A DNA stretch of 64,000 bases from Mobula birostris (Eukaryota). The notes beneath the pieces were generated by a model, which saw only the letters and a program-made list of their open reading frames with translations, was not told the DNA's origin and searched no databases. Positions within the stretch are counted from its first letter, which is position 1; each line of letters starts with the position of its first letter. Positions 37,281-50,572 of this stretch are shown here, one piece after another. Location: contig NC_092374.1 of assembly GCF_030028105.1 (NCBI RefSeq), positions 116,139,589-116,203,588 on the forward strand, given 5' to 3'. Made by a program: the position numbers and the translations under genes.

Positions 37281-38813
37281 CAATGCTTATAACTCCCTTG
37301 GAAGTTTTCATGTTTTATTGTCTTACAACATTGAACCACAGTGAATGTAATTCGGCTTTTTTTGACACTAATCAACTAAAAAAGACTATTTTGTGTCAAA
37401 GTGAAAACAGGTCTGTACAAAGTAATCTAAATATAGAACAAAATAATTGATGGCACAAGTATTCATCCTCCTTTATTATGACACAGCAAATTATCACTAG
37501 TGCAGCCAATTGGTTTTAGAAGTCACATAATTAGTTAAATGGATATCTCCCGTGTGCAGTCAAGGTGTTTCAATAGATTGTAGTATAAATACACTTGTAT
37601 CTGGAAGTTCCAACTGCTGGTGAGTCAGTATTCGAGCAAAAGTTGCACCATGAAGACAAAAGAACACTCCAAGCAACTCTGTGAAAAGGTTCTCGAAAAT
37701 CACAAGTCATTGAACATCCCTTGGAGTCCAGTTAAGTCAATCGTCAAGAAATGGAAAGAATATGGCACAACTATAAATCTGCCTAGAGCAGGCTGTCCTC
37801 AAAAACTGAGTGACCGTGCAGGAAGGGGACTAGTGAGGGAAGCCACCAAGAGACCTATGACAACTCTGGAGGAGCTACAAGCTTCAGTGGCTGATATGGG
37901 CAAGACTGCACATATAAAAACTGCTGCCGGGATGCTTCACCAGTCACAGCTTTATGGGAGAGTGGTAAAGAGAAAGCCACAGCTGGGGGAAGATAAAAAC
38001 TCACTTGAAATTTCATCTAGAGTTTGCCAGAAGCACGTGTGAGACACTGAAGTCAGTTGGAACAAGGTTCTATGAGCATTTTGGCCATCAGACTAAATGC
38101 TATGTTTGGCATAAGCCAAATACCACATATCATCAAAAACACACTATCCCTACGGTGAAACATGGCTGTGGTTGCATCACGCTATGGGGTTGCTTCACTA
38201 CAGCAGGCCTTGAAAGGGATGTGAAGGTAGAGGGTAAAATGAATGCAGGTTAAACCTGATGCAGTCTGCAAGAGAACTGTGACTTGGGAGAAAATTTATA
38301 TTCCAGCAAGACAATGACCCAAGCATAAAGCCAAAGCTACACAGGAATGGCTTAAAAAACAACTATGTCCTGCAGTGGCCAAGTCAGAGTCCAGACCTCA
38401 ATCCAATTGAGAATGTGTAGCTGGACTTGAAAAGGGCTGTTCGCTCACAATCCCCATGCAATATGATAGAGCTTGAGCAGTTTTGTAAGTAGAATGGGGG
38501 AAAATTGCAGTGTCCAGATGTGCAAAGCTGATAGAGACCTATCCACACAGACTGAAGTCTGTAATTACTGCCAAAGGTGCATCTACTAAATACTGACTTG
38601 AAGAGGCTGAATACTTATACAATCAATTATTTTGTGTTTTGTATTTGTAATTAATTTAGATCACTTTGTAGAGATCTGTTTTGACTTTGACATGAAAGAA
38701 TCTTTTTCTGTTGATCAGTGTCAAAAAGCCAAACTAAAACCATTGGATTCAAAGTTGTAAAACAATAAAACATGAAAACTTCCAAGGGGAGTGAATACTT
38801 TTGATAGGCAATG
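37281..38813 (+). mobile_element. Tc1 DNA transposon, near full length, decayed transposase
   Basis: Long TIRs (ccttggaagttttcatgttttattg / caataaaacatgaaaacttccaagg); TA at both ends; MKTKEHSKQ, PRAGCPQKLS, PTVKHG, FQQDNDP, WPSQSPDLNPIENV. Confidence 0.95.
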
Positions 38814-38879
38814 TAAGTATGGCAAGTAATCAGGAAAGCACATGGAATATATAATTTTATTGAAGTACAGGGCTCTTCC

Positions 38880-39430
38880 TCCAAGCATACAGAGCATTAA
38901 CGACACTGCAAATGGAGCAGTTGGATTTGGTTTCTATACTTAGGATGAATATGTTTATGTTGGAAGTGGTTCTTTCACCAGGTTACTTCCTGGGATGGAA
39001 GGATTTTTGAATCAGGGATGATTGCACAGACTTGACCTCTTCTCACTTAAATTCAGAATGATGTAAGGTCCTACTGGAAAGTTTGAGATTCTGAGGAGAG
39101 TTGACAGATAGATATTGAAAGACTGCTTCCCCAACACTCCCCATTTCACCATGTGTGACAATCCGTTTTCAAAGTTTGGTTTGCCTTTCAAGACAGAGAA
39201 AACAAGGAATTTCTTCTGCTGGGACTGAAACTTTCTACTCAATTGAGTTGTGGAGAGTGAGTTATTTAATTTCCTCAAAACTAGTATAGAATTTATGTTG
39301 GTAGTGCATTCATGGGTTATGGAAGACAAGGGAGAAAAAGTAGTAGAGATCAAGGTCAGATCATGCATGATTTTACTGAATAGCAAATCAAGTTCAAGAA
39401 GCCAAGGTCTGCTTCTACTCCTGGATATTA
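38880..39430 (+). mobile_element. Old CR1 3' remnant
   Basis: Degenerate gagcagttggatttgg...ttcaccaggttacttcctgggatg...; gatcatgcatgattttactgaatagc 3' UTR. Confidence 0.55.
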
Positions 39431-39489
39431 TGTTTTTGATTTCTGCTTTGAGTAAATATCTCTGTTATAACCATGCTAGAATAGCTTGG

Positions 39490-39965
39490 TTAGAACATAG
39501 AACATAGCACAGGCCCTTTGACCAACAATGTTGTACTGACCCTTTAACCTATTCTAAGATCGATCTAACCCTTCCCACATAATAGCTCCCCCCTTTCTCC
39601 TATCATTCATGTGCCTATCTAAAAGTTTCTTAAATGCCCCTAATGCATCTGCCTCTACCACCACCCTCTGCTTTCTATTGGCAAGCCAATTCTGAATCCA
39701 CACAGCCAAATTTCCCTGGGTTCCACGCCTCCTGACCTTTTGAGTGAGACTACCCTGAGAAATCTTATCAAATGCCTTACTAAAATCCATATACATCACA
39801 TCCGCTGCTTTAGCTTCATCAATATGCTTAGTCACATTCTCAGGTAATTCAAACAAGCTCAAGGGGCATGACCTGCTCCTCACAAAATCATGCTGACTAT
39901 CCCTAATCAGACTATGTTTCTCCAAATGCTCCTAATTCCTGTCTCTGAGAATCCTCTCCAATAAT
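39490..39965 (-). mobile_element. Internally deleted CR1 fragment
   Basis: ORF 39554-39925 joins RT N-part (MDFSKAFDK...RKQRVVVE) directly to the C-terminus (ADALGAFKKLLDRHM); agaacatagaacat tail. Confidence 0.85.
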
Positions 39966-40789
39966 CTGGAGAAGTGTAACTAGTTCTATAGTACAAATAG
40001 ACAGCGCCCAGGCTGGGATATCATGTGGACTGAACTTAATTGGGTGACAACTGTCACACCAGCCTAAAATTAGGACACTCTCAGAACTAAAAGTATTCAA
40101 AAAACATGTTGCTCAGGGCTTGTATAAGCAGTTCGGTAATGATTAAAATATATTTGGCTTTCCCCATTTCTCATTGAGTATATGAGTTGTAATGGGCACC
40201 ACTTTATTATACAAAGCATAATTTCTGTTTTGAACATTTTTACTGCCAAGCAAATAATGCTGAGGAATGCAAAATAAATCTGAGAATACTTAACACTGCA
40301 ATTAGAATTATATGCTTAAATGTCACTGCGGCAAATATTGGCCAATATATAACATCAATTTCTGTGAAATAATTTTCCATATAACTTAATGGTATGTGTT
40401 AAAAGCATCAAATGCAACATCTTGTTAAATAGTCAAAATCAATAATTTTCCTTATGATTTCCCCCTGATTTATTAATGTTGGTGCAATAAAATAAACTCG
40501 AGCAGTGATAAGACTATTACACATAGCCATGTAAAAGTGTGGTAAATTGTCATAGCAACATCAGAAAATATTTCCAAGTGTTAGTTTTGTGTTCATTATA
40601 ATAATCCCCAAAATTCCAGATTCTTACAATGAAAAATATGCATTTATCTCATGTTTTCATCACTTTAGAATATTCTGAGTTGCTCTAAGCTGCTGATTGT
40701 CATATACTTAAAAAAATCATCTGGTTTAATAGTACACTTTACAAATGAAGATATCTCCCTCTCACCCGTCCGATGTTTATGTGACTTGT

Positions 40790-41320
40790 AAACATAGATG
40801 TTGAATTAAACTAAATCTATTCTGCCTGTACATGACCCATATCCCTCCACTGCCCACATTACCCATTAAACAGTTTCTTAAATGCCACTATCATATCTGC
40901 TTTTGTCACTCCCCCCAGCAACCAGTTCCATCTACCACTCTTTAAAAAATATTCCCACATTTCTTTTACATTTTACTCCATTCACCTTAAATCAGGGGTT
41001 TCCAACTTCTTATGCCATGGACCAAGGTATTAAGGAACCCCTGACCTAAATGCATGTCCACTAGTACTTGACATTTCTACCCTGGGAAGAAGGTTCTGAA
41101 TGTCTACTTACGTAGGCCTTTCATAATTTTATAAACTTCTATCAGGGCACTCTTCAGCCTTCAACACTCCAGAGAAAACAACACAAGTTTGTCCAACTTC
41201 TCCTCATTGATCACAATCTCATCTTCTCCTTGACAGCATCCTGATAAATCTCTTCTGCAGCCTTTCCCAAGCCTCCACCTTCTTCCTTGTAATGAGACAA
41301 CCTGAATTACAATACCAAAG
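40790..41320 (-). mobile_element. CR1 3' fragment containing a ~51-bp hAT MITE remnant (40993-41043)
   Basis: Reverse-complement CR1 C-terminus; CAGGGGTTTCC...GGAACCCCTG with imperfect TSD ccttaaat/acctaaat. Confidence 0.7.
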
Positions 41321-43443
41321 GACCAAAAGAATGTGGTTGAACCTCAGGTGCCCTCCCTAACACCACGGCCTCGAGCAGCCATTCATTTTGAAGGACAGTA
41401 AATGTTAGCCGTCCTACTCAAAATCATTTTGTTTGTAAATGAATTAATAGCAAAGATAGAACGTCTTATAAGATTGACAATTTCATTTGGGTATTTTATT
41501 AATAACTATGTAACCAATAAATTATGTAAGGTCATCAACAAATAGCATTTAATTTATGTTTCAATCTGCTTATGTATATATATATATATGTCTGCATGTG
41601 CATGTGTCAATTAGAATAAATATTTTCTGGTTTCACTCCTTTTCAAAAGCAAATTTCCATGGTTTGGGGGGAAAGGGGAATGGAGTCAGGAAGCCTTAAT
41701 GGAAAGAGCAAGTAATTCCATGTACAGCAAAGGACCATCTGTTTTCTCTGCCTTTTATCATGTTTGCAAATGTTGTTTCATTTGGGGGTATTGTTCAATT
41801 CCTATTTTGTTAATAGTAATGAGTTGTAGTAGATTTCAGAAACTTAACAGTGTTCATTTCTTTATTATGCTTAAAAGATAGGAAACTTTAGAAATGTATG
41901 TTAAAAAAAATAGCAATTTGACCTAGACCTCCACCTGATCTATTGGGGTTGGCTTCTATCCACCTTCTGCTCCATTTATTTGAAAAATAGAACAAATGAC
42001 ATTATGAAGTTTACTGGTCTCCATTGTGAAAATACTTTGGGCATAATACTGGTGCATTGACCAATTCATTCGGCTGCCACGCAAACCAGCAGTCCTATGT
42101 CCACCACAGATGATAATTGAAGCTGTTAACTTGCACTCTTCTTTTCCCCAGTTGAGATTGTTGCTTCCAGGATACTCTAGTTTTAATTATGTCAATTTGA
42201 TGACAGAATAGATTTTATTATTCAATTTTGGAAATTCTGATTTTTTTTGTACATATTATCATATTATAAATATTCTACCTAGCACTAACTAGTTGAATTG
42301 TAATTTAGTCTTTTACAGATGTGATTTGTATCATATGTAATAATGGTAAAAACATTTTGCACTGCAGACATGGTTATGTGCTGCTTTGTTTAAGATAGTG
42401 TTTCTACATTCTACTGCTTACAGACTTACTGCTGGGATTAGAGAAATCCACAGCAATATTAGAGGCTAGCCACAAAAGGCCAACACAGGCTGAGGTAGCA
42501 TTTTCAGATATATTGTTTGTATTCAATTTCCAGATAAATAGAATATGGCCGTACTAAAATATACTCCTAAATTCTTTCCATGATCATCAATAAAAGTTAA
42601 TTTCCAAGCCTCCGGTGACTGTTAGAAACATTTTGAGAGATTTTTAGTTTATGGTAATTAAAAGGATCAGAGTACCTTGCCAACCCACTTCAGATTACCA
42701 AAACAAATCTAATTAGCAAATAAAAACTGGTAGCTATAAACATTTTTTTCAGTAATATCTGTTTTTCCCAATTCATTCATAAAATTTCCGTATCTGAAAA
42801 GTATTGCAAAGAAATAAGTAGTTTCCTGTTCATCTTTATTAACTTTTCCCAAAGGGCAGCTACCAAGGATAAACAGCTGCTGAAGTTATAAAAAAAAATT
42901 CTCTGTTCATTTGAAGTTGCTTATTTAAATTACTCTCCTCCCATGTGATTCTGAGCAATGGTCTTAAAGGGACAAACTAATATGACCTGTATTTTCCTTT
43001 CGTGGCAAAATCTGATATTCTGACAGCGCAGTTCAGATCGCCCATTAGAAATAATGCACAATGAATTATTATGATATTGAAAAATCACTCTGTGAATGTA
43101 ATACATGTCAGATGTGCTATTGTGTTATGCAGTGATGAACTGGCATACAGGAGGGCAATTGAAAATCTGGCAGAGTAGTACCACAACAACAACTTCTCAC
43201 TCAATGTCAGCTAAACCAAAGAGCTGATCATTGACTATCGGAGGAAGAAGCCAGAGTTCCATGAAACTGTCCTCAGTGGGAGAACGGATGTGGAGAGTGT
43301 CAATGACTTTAAATTCCTTGGCATTAACATATCAGAATATTGTGTCCTGGGATCCTGTCTTGGGACTAGCACTTAGGTGTCACCACAAAGAAGGTACAAT
43401 AGCACCTCTACTTTCTTAAAAATCTGCGTACATTCGTCGTGTA

Positions 43444-44631
43444 CAGGTGTCTCCTGCTTTTCAAACGTTCGCTTTACAAAACCTCATTGTTATGAAAGAC
43501 CTACATTAGTTCCCTGTTTTCGCTAACAGAAGGTGTTTTCACTGTTACGAAAAAAGGCAGCATGTGCCCCGAGCAGCTGCTCTCCCCCGGATTCGGAACG
43601 GCATTCTAGCCGGCATTGCTTAAACACATGCCCGTGAGCAAAATGAGTTCTAAGGTATCGGAAAAGCCTAAAAGAACTCGTAAGGGTGTTACACTTAGCA
43701 TAAAACTAGACATAATTAAGCATTTCGATCGTGGTGAACCAAGTAAGGACAAAGTGAGTTTGGCTTGTGGAAGCTGACAAAGATGGTGTTGAAGAGGTTT
43801 TGACATCCCATGACCAAGAACTGATAGATGAAGAGCTGATGCAATTGGAAGAGGAAAGGATAACAATCGAAACCGAATACAGTAGCAAACGGACCGAAGG
43901 TGAAGTCGTCCAGGAACTGAACGTGAGGCAACAGCGTGAGATTTTCGCTGCAATGATAAAGTATGACTTTAATTTTGAAAGGGTACGTCAGTTTAGGGCA
44001 TATTTGCAAGATAGGTTGAGTGCTTACAAAGAACTGTATGATAGAAAAATGCGCGAGGCTAAGCAGTCAAGCAAGCCTTCCAGATCAGCCACAGCAGATG
44101 ATGAACCTCGATCTTTGACATTGAGGTGGGCAGTCATAGGAGAAGATGAGCTGCCTTCCCTCATGGAAACAGACGATGATGAGATGACACCCCATTGTCC
44201 CACCACCCGAATCCCCAGGCCGCGGACAGATACCGATTCGCAAAGAATGCAGGGGTGCAGTGGTCGCCGGGAGGCACACAGCACATCTTTAAGAAAAAAG
44301 CCAAAATAAACATGCTAATTAGTTAGGTGCCGCCCGGCACGTAATTGTCGGCCCAGATCAGAGATGACGCAATCAGCAATCGTTGTAGAGAAGTATTTCT
44401 AATTTATATAGGCTGTGCTTTTATCATATCATTCCTGCTTTTACTATATGTTACTGTTATTTTAGGTTTTATGTGTTATTTGGCATGATTCGGTAGGTTA
44501 TTTTTGGGTCTGCGAACGCTCACAAATTTTTCCCATATAAATAAATGGTAATTGATTCTTCGCTTTACGGCATTCCGGCTTCCAAACCATTTCATAGGAA
44601 CGCTCTACCTTCAGATGGTGGGGGAAACCTG
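43444..44631 (+). mobile_element. Tigger/pogo non-autonomous element (copy 1)
   Basis: TA-CAGGTGTCTCC...GGGGAAACCTG-TA; MSSKVSEKPKR..VTLSIKLDIIK start fused to the C-terminal VEEVLTSHDQELIDEELMQLEEE. Confidence 0.9.
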
Positions 44632-45104
44632 TAATTGAAAATGTACGAACTTCTATAGATGCACAGAAGAGATCATCTTACCTGGTTGCATCATGGCCTG
44701 GTATTGAATCACAAATGCTCAAGAATGGAAAAGGCTACAGGAAGTGAAGAACACATCTCAGTCCATCATAAACAATGCCTTCCCCACCACTGAGTACATC
44801 ATCATGGAGCACTGCCACAAAAAAAGCAGCATTCACCATCAAAGACCACTACCATCCAAGCCATGGGTTTCAGGCCACTAGGTTCAAGTAAAGTTATTAT
44901 CCTACAACCATCAGCCTCCTGAACTGGCATGGATAACTTCATTCACCACTTGAACATAGACACAACAACAGTACAGCCCTTTTGGCTTATGATACTCTAC
45001 TGATCTTTAAATCTACTTCAAGATCTAACCCTTTCCACCCACATGGCTCCCTGTGTTTCTTTTATTCATGTGCCAATCTAAGATTCTCTTAAATTTCTCT
45101 AATG

Positions 45105-46768
45105 TAGTGGTCACCAACCTTTTCAAGCCCAAGATCCCCTACCTTAACCTTAGTGAAAGGCAAGATCTACCTACTAAATTGTTTAGAGAAAAAAACAGCT
45201 CAGATTGTACTTCCAATTTGAGGCCTTTTATTTCGGCTAAATGTATTTGAATTACACAAAATACTTCTGTCAAACTTTCAAATTAATTCAAACAAGAAAA
45301 CACTGTAACTAGCATATCAATAGCTGTCTTTCTTTAAGAATATTACAATACTTCACACCTTTAATTCTAAGTTTCATTATTTAATTTTATTTCAACACAA
45401 AAAATAAATGAATAAAAATTGACTGTTGCACTCAGTGTGATGACTGGGGCTGAATACTTCCCACTAGTTCCCTGAAATTTGACTCATAACTACAGACAGC
45501 CAGTCTGAGACAGTCTGTGAGGTGTCTGTCAGTAAGAAAGCTCCTGTACTTAGATTTAATAATTTTCATCTGTGAACATGCAATTTCACATAGATAAGTT
45601 GACCCAAAGTAGACACTGACTTTTTAATGCTATAAAACCAATGCGCATACTGCGCATTGCTGGGGCCCCATCAGTAGTAATTGCTACCAGTTCATGAATG
45701 GGGATGTCATTTTCATGGACTTGTTTTTTAAACTCATTGTAAATATCCTCACCTCTTGTTCTCTCCTTTAATTGCAAAACAGTGAGGAAGTCCTCTGTTG
45801 TAAAATCCTGGAAAGCCATTCTGACAAATACAACAAGCTGAGCTGTTTGCATTACATCCAGTGATTCATCAAACTGTAGTGAAAAATATTTACGTCCTCT
45901 GACGGTGACTCTACCCTCCTTGTCACTGTTGCAGGGCCAAGCAGTATATTATGTATTGCGGTTGTGATGTCGTTTTTGTTTTTAAAGTCATTGAAAACAG
46001 TCTCTGTGGTAATGGCCATTGCTTCCTTGAATAAATTGCCATCTGTAAAAGGCTTCTTGTGTTTAGCCAAAAGGTGACTTACACGAAATGATGCTTCAAT
46101 AGCAGCCTTATTTTGAGCAGCATGTTTTGTGAAAAACGACTGCTGGACCTTCAACCCTGATTTCAGCTCCTCAACTTTCCTGGCACGAATTGTGCTCTTT
46201 GGGGGGTAGGTGTCTTTAAATATCTGGTGGTTGGTGTTGTGGTACCGCTCTAGATTCCCTCTTTTAGTCAGTGCTTGTGTTTGGTGGCACAACATACATA
46301 CACACTTGTCTTTCACCAAGGTAAACAGAAATTCCTCTTCCCATTCTGGATGGAATTTGTATGTTTTCGCCTTCTTTCGTTGAGCCTCCGCCATGCTATC
46401 AGGATATCACGAGCGATTGCTATATATTGATGATTGTGACAGTCTGTGCTCTTATCTAATTTAACTGGTCACTTTGATGCAGCACAAGCTACGCTGGAAA
46501 CGCGGTGCATGGCGGGGAGCTACACACATGCGCACTGGGCAGAAAGAACGGAACTAAAACCCCGCAACCCAGAAACAATCTCTCATTACAAACAGCTTTC
46601 AGTAGCGAAAGTATTGCTATATTACCATCATCCTAATAAGTATTACTTATTTTCATAATGCTCACATTACAACAGTATTTGTGTATTTATTTTTGATTTT
46701 TTTCGGATTTATTGGGAAAGTCTCAAAGATCGACCGGTTGATCGCGATCGACGGGTTGGCGACCACTA
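45105..46768 (-). mobile_element. hAT transposon (GTF2IRD2/EPM2AIP1-like transposase), internally deleted
   Basis: TIRs TAGTGGTCACCAACC / GGTTGGCGACCACTA; 8-bp TSD ctctaatg (45097-45104 / 46769-46776); FHPEWEEEFLF..CVCMLC..NLERYH zinc finger, AQLVVFVR, ITTDGAPAM. Confidence 0.95.
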
Positions 46769-47829
46769 CTCTAATGTAACTGTCTCTATCATCAGCTCAC
46801 TCGCCCCCCTCCCCACCCTGGCAGTGAGTTACATGCATTTAACACTAACACCAAAAAAAAATCTACTCCTGATATCATCCCTATACTTTCCTGTAATCAC
46901 CATATAATTATGCCCACTTGTATTAGACATTCCCACCCTGGGAAGAAGTTGCTTGCTGACAACTCAATCCATAACTGTTATCATCTTACTCTGAACTGAT
47001 TCTACAGCCTATACACTCATTTTCAAGGACTCTTTACAACTCATTCTCAGAATTATTTTTGTTTGCAGTTTGTCTTCTTTGCACATTGGTTGTGGTTCTC
47101 AGCCTTTGTTTGTTTATGTATCAATTTCACAAAGTTTCATTGGTATTTTTTTTCCTGTAAATGCTGCAAGAAAATTAATCTCAAGGTACTTCGATAATAA
47201 ATTTACTTTGAACTTTGGTGTCTAATATAAACAATCTAATAGAAACTATAAGGCGACCGTCACTGAGAAAAAGCTGAGTCAGAAAGTATAAAAACACACT
47301 GAACGGAACAATATAATCAGTGATTTTCCAGCTGTAATCAATTTACACATTTGTATGCATTAATTAGGTTTCAGCTGGAGTACTGCCAATTTTCGGGGCG
47401 ACATGTTAGAAGAATATTGCAAAGAACAGAAATTAGTTTGACTTGAATGGTTTGGGATAATAGACATTTCATAAATGAGGAAACATAAATTGGGATTGTT
47501 TGCTTACGGAATGTAAAAAGGGAAATTTAAGGGATGAGTTCAAAATCATTAAGATTTTAGTAAAATTAGACAAAGAGAAGTAGTTTCCATTAACAGGATT
47601 GATCCCCAGATGCACAGATTTACGAAGAATGGCAAATACATATGGAAAAAGAGAAAATGTAGTATTTTTACTTTAAACTGTTGTGACCTGACAGGTAGGT
47701 ACAGCAGCAACGTGTCCAGATAAAACGTATAAGGAAAAATTTAAAGGGCTATGAACTAACAAGATAGTGTCTCCTTGTGTACAGTAAGATTTTATAACTT
47801 CGTAACAATTCTGTTTTCTCTATACTATC

Positions 47830-48770
47830 TTCAAAGTTCAAAATAAATTGCTTATTAAAATATATGTCACTATATACTACCCTGAGATTTTTTTTTACTG
47901 GTATTTACAGTAAAACAAAGAAATACAATAGAGTCAATAAACACACAGAGAAAAGGCTGACAAACAACTAATGTCAAGAACTAATACTAAAAAATACAGT
48001 GCAAATACTAAAAAAAAGGAATAATAAATAAATAAACAAACAAATAATACTGAGAACATGAGTTGTAGAGTCCATGAAAATGAATCCATAGGTTGTAGAA
48101 TCTGTTCAAATTTGAGATGTGTGAAGTTATCACCGCTGGTTTAGGAGCCTGATGGTTAGAGGGTAATAATTGTTCCTGAACCTGGTGGTGTGGGACCTAA
48201 GGTTCCTCAATCTCCTTCCCAATGGCAGCAGTGAGAAGAGAGCATGGTCTGGATGGTGGAGGTCCTTGACGATGGATGCTGTTTTCCAGCGACAGCGCTC
48301 CTTGTAAATTTGCTGAATCGTGGGGAGGGTTTTTCATGTGATGGTCAGGGCTGCATCCACCACTTTCTGTAGGCTTTTCCATTCTTGTGCATTGGTGTTT
48401 CCATACCAGGTGGTAATGCAAACAGCCAGGATACACTCCACTGAGCCTCTATAGAAATTTGTCAACGCTTTAAATGACAAGCTGAATTTATGCAAATTTC
48501 CACTAAAGTAGAGATGCTTCCACGCTTTCCTTTAAATGGCACTTAGGTAGTGGACCAAGGACAAATCCTCTGAAACGATAACACCAAGGAATTTTAAGTT
48601 ACTGTCCCTCACCTTCAATCCGCTAATGAGGACTGGCTCCTTGACCTCTGGTTTCTTCCGCCTGCAGTCATTAATCAGTTCTTTGGTTTGCTGACATTGA
48701 CTGAGAGGTTGTTGTGGCACCATTCAGCCAAATTTTCAATTTCACCCTTATATTCCAATTTGTCGCCACC
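47830..48770 (-). mobile_element. Rex1/Babar LINE 3' part
   Basis: ORFs 48532-48723 (TKELIND, KFLGV.VSEDLS) and 48197-48436; tcaaagttcaaa tail. Confidence 0.88.
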
Positions 48771-49804
48771 AGTGAGACAGTTAAATGCTAGAAACGGTTC
48801 AGAATTGAGAGACATGTTTTTTGAATTACTGTTTACTGAATTATATTATTATTAAAAATATACAATTATTGTCACCATGTCAAATCTGAATTAGATTTTT
48901 TAATATAAGCTGGTGGGTATCTTTGAAGCTGAGTTTGAACAGATCGTTTTCTGTAGCACCCAATGGGAATGCATTGAACATAATTATGAAAAGGTCTCAT
49001 GCTTGTTCATATTATTTAGCCTGAGGCTTCATTTAGTTAAATCAACTCATTTTTCCAATTAATAGGCTCCTTAGTTAATATTCAATGAATAGAAATCACA
49101 GAGCAGTATGCTGAAGCACTCTATTCAAAAAAAATTGTTTTTATCTAATTTAGAATTGTTTTCACGAATTATGTCTTCTTTTTTATCTCTAACTGCAGGT
49201 AAATCCTTTGCATAGCTGAAATTTTATTGTGCATTAAAGTTAGGCAATAAAACAATTCCTGTAAAGAATTCATCTCCTGAGAACATTTTTGCTAACAGCA
49301 GCTAACAGCAATGCCATTGGCTTGAAACTAATATCTGCTGAACAATAGATTCCTGTAACTGATTACGGCCGTGCTTCATTCTGTGCTTATTACCAGCTTG
49401 CATCTCTGGAAAAATGCCAGTATTAGAGCTGCATACATGTGAAGGAAGAACATGGGGACTCAAACCAACATATGTTGATATCCTAATTATTCCACAGCTT
49501 GCAAAAATGATATCTCTAGATTCAAATGCAGTGCAGAAAATACCTATACAATAATGAATCAGAATTAATTCACCAAATACAGAGGTGGTGATTTTAGCAT
49601 TAAACAAAGAAGACTTCGAAAGTCTGGATGGACAAGTATGCTTGAATTCCTTATTGCCTATACGGTATATTTTTGGGTGCAGTTTTAAATATTTTAACTT
49701 ATCTCTTGCAATTGGCCATAGTTTTCTTACTTTCACACAGTAAATCTAGGACAAGGGATATTTTCATGCCATAATCATGTCACGTGGAGATACAGATGCC
49801 AGGT

Positions 49805-50572
49805 TTTCTGGTAAGATGGCGGCATGCTTGGTATTATTTTCTTTTTAAAACCAAAGGTGTTATTTTCTTTTTAATTTTTTTTTACAATCGCGAGGCACTG
49901 CTGGATATTAAGAAGTACAAGTACTGCAAATCTACCCCATCTGTGAGCTGCGTGTTGGCGGAGGAGCTGGACTTGATGCGGACCGTGTTGCTGCTTGCTA
50001 CTGAGAGGCAGCAGACTTAGTGTGTGAAGGTGGTGCACAGTCTAACAGCGAGGGATTGTCTTAGTTGTTTTTCTTGTGAATGCAAGACCCAGTCGGACAT
50101 TGGTAAAATGGAAAACTATTAAGTCCAGTTCACTGGTTTATCGGTATGACTGATGGTGGGGGTGGTGTGTGGCCTCAGTTGTAGTCTGGACTAGGCCTCA
50201 AGCCGCACTCATGGATTTGCAGCCGGCCAGGAGAGAGGCATCAGAATCGGTGCCCAAAGGCAATGTGCCACGTCATCCATGCTGGCATTGGTTCTGCCCT
50301 CCAGGGTTCACTCGGTGGAAGACAAGCTGGATTACGTTAACCTGCAGACTGCTGCAGGATTGCTCTTGCTAACAGCATTCGTGGATTCAAGGACTTGAGA
50401 TATATTATACAAGTGCGACTCTACATTTACTGCCATATTATATGTGCTATATGTGCCTTGCGCTGTATATGTCTGTTGGTATTGTGTTTTGTACCTTGGC
50501 CCTGGAGTAACACCGTTTCGTTTGCCTGTATTCTTGTTGGGTGAATGACAATTAAAATTGAACTTGAACTTA
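49805..50572 (+). mobile_element. Bipartite non-autonomous Rex1-type element
   Basis: 5' AAGATGGCGGC (49813-49823); residual ORF2-start-like SVEDKLDY at ~50310-50336; (ttgaac)n tail. Confidence 0.7.

Larger units (their letters stand above)
43135..47215 (+). mobile_element. Rex1/Babar LINE 3' part split into three pieces by nested insertions
   Basis: Pieces 43135-43441, 44634-44950 and ~46988-47215 are collinear with 34545-35490. Confidence 0.85.

Noticed and set aside
43767-44309. 180-aa acidic ORF as a host gene (TIGD-like)
   Set aside because: Lies within TIR/TA-bounded Tigger derivative lacking the DDE core
45852-46394. GTF2IRD2/EPM2AIP1-like host gene
   Set aside because: Bounded by TIRs and an 8-bp TSD, with deletions and frameshifts; a transposon copy
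49302-49736. 144-aa minus-strand ORF in unique DNA
   Set aside because: No recognisable domain, non-ATG start and no supporting splice structure; likely chance
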